Under the pieces are notes generated by a model that saw only the letters and a list, made by a program, of their open reading frames with translations, ran no database searches and was not told the DNA's origin. From an uncultured Oligoflexus sp. (GTDB lineage Bacteria > Bdellovibrionota_B > Oligoflexia > Oligoflexales > Oligoflexaceae), in the NCBI GenBank assembly GCA_964236955.1, contig CAXSGP010000060.1:1-28670 (forward strand): DNA of 28,670 nucleotides. The letters run 5' to 3'. The position numbers and the translations under genes are program-made. Below are positions 24,854-28,670 of the stretch, piece by piece (the first letter of the stretch is position 1; each line of letters opens with the position of its first letter).

Positions 24854-26233
24854 ATGCGACTCAGCGATATGCCGGCATTAAGAAAAATGGACTACGCCTA
24901 TCACGCCCCCTTCCTCACCGCCTGCACGGCGGCTTTGACCGCCCATGGCTATCTCAGCGCCAGTGAAAGCGAGCAGCTGCGGGTCCAGCTCAAGGAGCGC
25001 CATCGGACCGGCGAAGGCGAAGCACTTTTTCAACAGCTGCGGCTTGATAAAAATGCGGCGTTTCATGTTCTCGAGGCGCGCCTTGGTCCCTATAATTTCA
25101 ACAATCTCTTGTTTCGCTGGACGATAGCCAAGGCGCTTGAAAGCTTCAATTATTCTATCTGGAGCTTTGCCCAGGAGCTATTAAACAAAGCCGAGCTGAT
25201 GTTCAATCAATCGTTCTGGCTTTACTCCGGTAAAATCTGCATGCAGCGTCGGCCGTTTTCCTATTTTCTCGTGGAAACGGCAGCCGAAATTCATAAAAAT
25301 GCTGATGAATTGCATGCATACGTCAGAGAGCTCAAACGCTGGTCGCTCCGGAAAAAAAACCAAGCGGCCTTTGAGTTCACGCTTGCAGAGCACCTTGGAT
25401 TTGCAACGGATCAAGACAGCGGCCTCTCTGAATGGCAATTGCACGAGCTTTTGCGTAAGGCGTGGCTGCAGCTGGAGCTGCTTGGGGAATTTAACGCCCA
25501 TGTTTTAAGGCAGATGAGCGTCAATCTAAAGATGGAGGGGGAAGAGCCCCGCTTGAAGTTTTTGCTCGAAGACTTTCAAAGTCTGCTCTTAAGTTCGAAG
25601 GGATCGGCCCCGATCGATTTCAGCAGTCCGGAGGTGATGGAGGCGAAGCGCCTGCGCATGCTTTCAGTCATGCAGGAATGCAAGGATATCACCTTTGAAT
25701 ACTACCAAGTCCTCCTCGAGTCGATCAAAACCAGCCGTATTCCAAGCGTGGCTCACAACATCTGGCCCGAGCAAGAGAGCCGCGCAATCGTCAATCACCT
25801 CTTGGATCGAGGCATCACAATTAGCGATGCGCAGCAGGCCTTGACAGCTCTTATTGCCTACTGCCACGACCACAGCGTCAGCCCCGAGCAACTTCTCGAG
25901 GCGGAATTGCAAAGAATTCACCCCTTTTTAGACCGCAGCTCCTCACTTTTTCTTAGAAAAGCCTCAACGACGGACCGCCTGAGCGAGTCCTTTAACGAAG
26001 AAAAGCATCACATTGTCGAAAAGAAGGATCACCTCATGCATAGCATCAATCACCGCCTGCTCGGCCTTGCCATCGTCTGCTTTGTCCTTTTCAACTTCGG
26101 CAGCTCCTGCGGCGTGAAAACCGCGCCGCGCTCGGATGTTCTTGACGTCAAACCAACCGTCCCCTACCATGCAGAGCAACGCGCTTTCCCTAAGAAAAAT
26201 AGCGAAGAACCTTTAGCTTCGCCGCCGAAATAA
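24854..26233 (+). CDS. Degenerate argininosuccinate-lyase (ArgH)-like protein fused to a C-terminal lipoprotein-like segment
   Basis: ArgH-like helices in the expected order (L...GYLS..E, HVLEARLG, LLNKAE, LAEHLGF, NHLLDRGI...DA...L...ELQRIHP), but no SRND, THLQ or GSS.MP.K.N motif. Tail is LLGLAIVCFVLFNFGSS-CGVKT.P. Sits directly before dapA-dapB. Confidence 0.65.
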   Translation: MRLSDMPALRKMDYAYHAPFLTACTAALTAHGYLSASESEQLRVQLKERHRTGEGEALFQQLRLDKNAAFHVLEARLGPYNFNNLLFRWTIAKALESFNYSIWSFAQELLNKAELMFNQSFWLYSGKICMQRRPFSYFLVETAAEIHKNADELHAYVRELKRWSLRKKNQAAFEFTLAEHLGFATDQDSGLSEWQLHELLRKAWLQLELLGEFNAHVLRQMSVNLKMEGEEPRLKFLLEDFQSLLLSSKGSAPIDFSSPEVMEAKRLRMLSVMQECKDITFEYYQVLLESIKTSRIPSVAHNIWPEQESRAIVNHLLDRGITISDAQQALTALIAYCHDHSVSPEQLLEAELQRIHPFLDRSSSLFLRKASTTDRLSESFNEEKHHIVEKKDHLMHSINHRLLGLAIVCFVLFNFGSSCGVKTAPRSDVLDVKPTVPYHAEQRAFPKKNSEEPLASPPK

Positions 26234-26245
26234 TGGAGCCCCCGC

Positions 26246-27142
26246 ATGCCGATCAAAGGTGTTTATACAGCCCTTGTCACTCCCTTTACCCAAGACGGGC
26301 AAGTCGATTGGAAGGCCTTTGATCGCCTGCTCGATATGCAGGTGAAAGCAGGAGTGGATGGCCTGGTAATCAGCGGTACCACCGGTGAGTCGCCAACCCT
26401 AAGCGTCGATGAAAAACTGTCGCTCTTTCGCCGGGCACGCGCCTATGTGCCGGCCTCAGTCCAGGTGATGGCAGGCACCGGGGGCAACTGCACCAAACAA
26501 TCGATCGAATTATCGAAGCTGGCTCAGGATGCCGGGGCCAACTCCCTCCTCATTGTCACGCCGCCCTACAATAAACCAACCCTGGCCGGTCTTTGCGCCC
26601 ACTATCAGGCTATAGGTCAGGCGCTAAGAATTCCCTTGTGTCTTTACCATGTGCCCGGCCGAACGGCCCAAAAGCTAAGTCCCGAAGACCTGGCGACGCT
26701 CTGTGAAATTCCTCAGATCGCCGCCGTGAAAGAAGCGAGCGCCGATCTATTCCTCTTTTCGAAGGCACGCCTGCTATCGAAGGCCCAGTATCTATCGGGC
26801 GACGATTTCACCTATTTGCCCTCGCTGGCCGTCGGTGGCCAGGGCGTGATCAGCGTCGTGACGAATGTGTTCCCGAAAGCCTTTGTGGAAATGACCAGGC
26901 GCTATTGGGCTGGCGACCACAAGAGTGCCCTTGCCCTGCATAATATCCTTCTGCCTCTGATCGAAGGATTGTTTTTTGAAGCCAATCCCTCGCCGGCTAA
27001 AGATTTGCTTGCGCATATGGGTTTGATTCAAAACGTGCTGCGTCTGCCCCTTGTTGCCGTTTTGCCGGCTACCCATGACAAACTTGTGGCACTTTATAAT
27101 GAGACTTGTCTTCAACTGTCTGAATTGGGAGTCGGCGCATGA
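26246..27142 (+). CDS. dapA: 4-hydroxy-tetrahydrodipicolinate synthase
   Basis: TALVTPF, GTTGESPTL, VTPPYNKP, YHVPGRT, Schiff-base KEAS, LSGDD, LF.E.NP, RLPL. Confidence 0.96.
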   Translation: MPIKGVYTALVTPFTQDGQVDWKAFDRLLDMQVKAGVDGLVISGTTGESPTLSVDEKLSLFRRARAYVPASVQVMAGTGGNCTKQSIELSKLAQDAGANSLLIVTPPYNKPTLAGLCAHYQAIGQALRIPLCLYHVPGRTAQKLSPEDLATLCEIPQIAAVKEASADLFLFSKARLLSKAQYLSGDDFTYLPSLAVGGQGVISVVTNVFPKAFVEMTRRYWAGDHKSALALHNILLPLIEGLFFEANPSPAKDLLAHMGLIQNVLRLPLVAVLPATHDKLVALYNETCLQLSELGVGA

Positions 27143-27939
27143 AGGTCTGGATACATGGCTACAGCGGCCGCATGGGTCAGGAAATTTCCAAGCAGCTTCA
27201 GGCCCACTCCAAAAAGTGGTCGCTCACTGGAGGCAGCTCGCCACGCGGACTTTTTTACCAGGATCAAGAGGGTATAAGTTGGGATCGCTTTGAAAATCTT
27301 TTGAGCGAAGCCGATGCGGTCATCGATTTTTCATCGGTGAACGGCAATCGTGAACTCCTTACCGCCCTGCAAAAACATAGCCACATTTCAACCGCTCTGC
27401 TGATCGGTTCCACCGGCCTTAGTCCGGAGGCTATCGAGGAATGGACAAGACTTGCGGTCGCGAAAAAATTTGCTATTTTGTTGGCACCCAATACCAGCCT
27501 TGGCGTTTTATTAACCCATCAGGTTTCCAAGATGCTTGGCGAAGTCTTGAGCCCCTTAAATTTTGATATCGAAATTCTTGAATCCCATCATCGCGCGAAG
27601 CTTGACGCCCCAAGTGGAACTGCCAGATTTTTAGCGGAAGGCTTAGCGGCAACGCTTGGAAAAAAGATAAAGGTTAACCGTGAGGGAAAACGCGAAAGGG
27701 ATGAAATCGGCATCACTTCGCTACGCGGGGGCTCGGTCTATGGCGAGCATGAAATTCAATACCTTGGGGATGAAGAAGAGATTCGCATCAGCCATCGCGC
27801 TTTGTCGCGAAGTCTTTTTGCCAAAGGCTCGCTCTTTCTTACGCTTTGGATCAGTCGGCAAAATCCGGGGTTTTATCGTCTCGAGGATATTCGCATAGAA
27901 GACATGATTGCTTTGATCAAAGAAAAACCATCGAACTAA
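27139..27939 (+). CDS. dapB: 4-hydroxy-tetrahydrodipicolinate reductase
   Basis: G..GRMG, IDFS, GSTG, APNTSLG, ESHH..KLDAPSGTA, LRGG..GEH, H.ALSR..FAKG. Confidence 0.95.
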   Translation: MKVWIHGYSGRMGQEISKQLQAHSKKWSLTGGSSPRGLFYQDQEGISWDRFENLLSEADAVIDFSSVNGNRELLTALQKHSHISTALLIGSTGLSPEAIEEWTRLAVAKKFAILLAPNTSLGVLLTHQVSKMLGEVLSPLNFDIEILESHHRAKLDAPSGTARFLAEGLAATLGKKIKVNREGKRERDEIGITSLRGGSVYGEHEIQYLGDEEEIRISHRALSRSLFAKGSLFLTLWISRQNPGFYRLEDIRIEDMIALIKEKPSN

Positions 27940-27958
27940 GCCAACGCCTGTTCGAGTC

Positions 27959-28669
27959 TTATTCTTCAGCAGCAACTTCAGGATTACTGAGGTCGTACTG
28001 TAAATTACCCCCAGTCTGCAGCAAAGCCGTTGTCCAAAAATCCACAGCGACCGTATCAAGCGCGGAAAGGGCCCCGTCCTGACTCTGCACCTTCACCGAA
28101 TAAATACCGGGCTGCATATTAAAGAAGACCGCTTTTACAAGGCCCTGGGAGGTGGAGCCGAAATACCAGCCTTCATCGATGGTTTTGCCATAAGCGTCGA
28201 GCACGGTTATCGTCAGCTTTGATCCATCTTCCTTGGGCGCAAGCTTATGCATGACCACCAGCTGGCCCATCGCGGGATCGAAGGCGATCGAAGCCCGATC
28301 ACTTTCTTGATTCAATTCGTTAAAAACATCCTCAACAAAGCCACGGGGCAACAGGGGAAGGACTGGCATCTGCTTTGGAGCCTGGCCGTCACGATCCTGG
28401 GCCTGCAGGGTGTTTTCAAATTCAGCGGTTTGCACCAGGGTGTAGGTTCGGCCTTTAAATTCCGAGCGCTGCACGATGCTGCTCAAGACATTTTCGGAGG
28501 TGTTCGGCAGGGCCGTGTTTTCACCTAGGGAGATGACATTGGCCGTGACCACTGGTTCTAAAGTGTTGGCCGTTTTATCATCGCCTGTCAGCTGATCGAT
28601 CGCGCTGCCAAAGGAGGCAAGATAAAGATTGCTGGAACGTCCGGTGCTCAAAGGCAAATCCTCTTCACT
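27959..28669 (-). CDS. C-terminal part of an unknown protein ending in a beta-sandwich (carboxypeptidase-regulatory-like) module; 5'-truncated
   Basis: The frame stays open to the window edge (..SEEDLPLS..). FFNMQPGIYSVKVQ resembles prealbumin-fold repeats. Confidence 0.65.
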   Translation of the reverse strand, partial: SEEDLPLSTGRSSNLYLASFGSAIDQLTGDDKTANTLEPVVTANVISLGENTALPNTSENVLSSIVQRSEFKGRTYTLVQTAEFENTLQAQDRDGQAPKQMPVLPLLPRGFVEDVFNELNQESDRASIAFDPAMGQLVVMHKLAPKEDGSKLTITVLDAYGKTIDEGWYFGSTSQGLVKAVFFNMQPGIYSVKVQSQDGALSALDTVAVDFWTTALLQTGGNLQYDLSNPEVAAEE

Positions 28670-28670
28670 A

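Noticed and set aside
1..28670. The many other alternative-frame and antisense ORFs of 60-200 aa
   Set aside because: They are shadows of well-supported genes, with no independent motifs or start signals.

Overview
Gene-dense chromosomal window, most likely from an Oligoflexia/Bdellovibrionota-type bacterium. That placement is inferred from gene content and order (scpA-scpB-rluB, rny-ymdB in a Pal-containing diderm, argH-like/lipoprotein-dapA-dapB). It holds about 24 protein genes: an R3H protein, an SDR, an FAH-family hydrolase, rluB, scpB, scpA, a LuxE-LuxC fusion, an M14/MpaA-like peptidase, queA, an HTH protein, a ClpC-like ATPase, a DUF3050-like protein, a GT9, ldcA, mpl, pal, rny, ymdB, a beta-barrel OMP, an ArgH-like protein, dapA, dapB and two unknowns. 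I saw no transposase, integrase, CRISPR array, tRNA or rRNA. Highlights: (1) the ~890-bp region between clpC and the DUF3050 gene has no credible ORF but carries a near-complete type I hammerhead ribozyme motif (14767-14868), a sigma54-like promoter and an unassigned ~220-nt multi-branched + strand RNA (15127-15346); (2) an argininosuccinate-lyase-like protein has lost its catalytic motifs and runs in frame into a small lipoprotein; (3) a single-chain LuxE-LuxC reductase-like protein occurs without luxABD; (4) the R3H/RG-rich RNA-binding protein apparently starts at an ATT codon; (5) RNase Y has Asn in place of the last HD-domain Asp. All family calls come from motif recognition by eye; no searches or folding programs were run.
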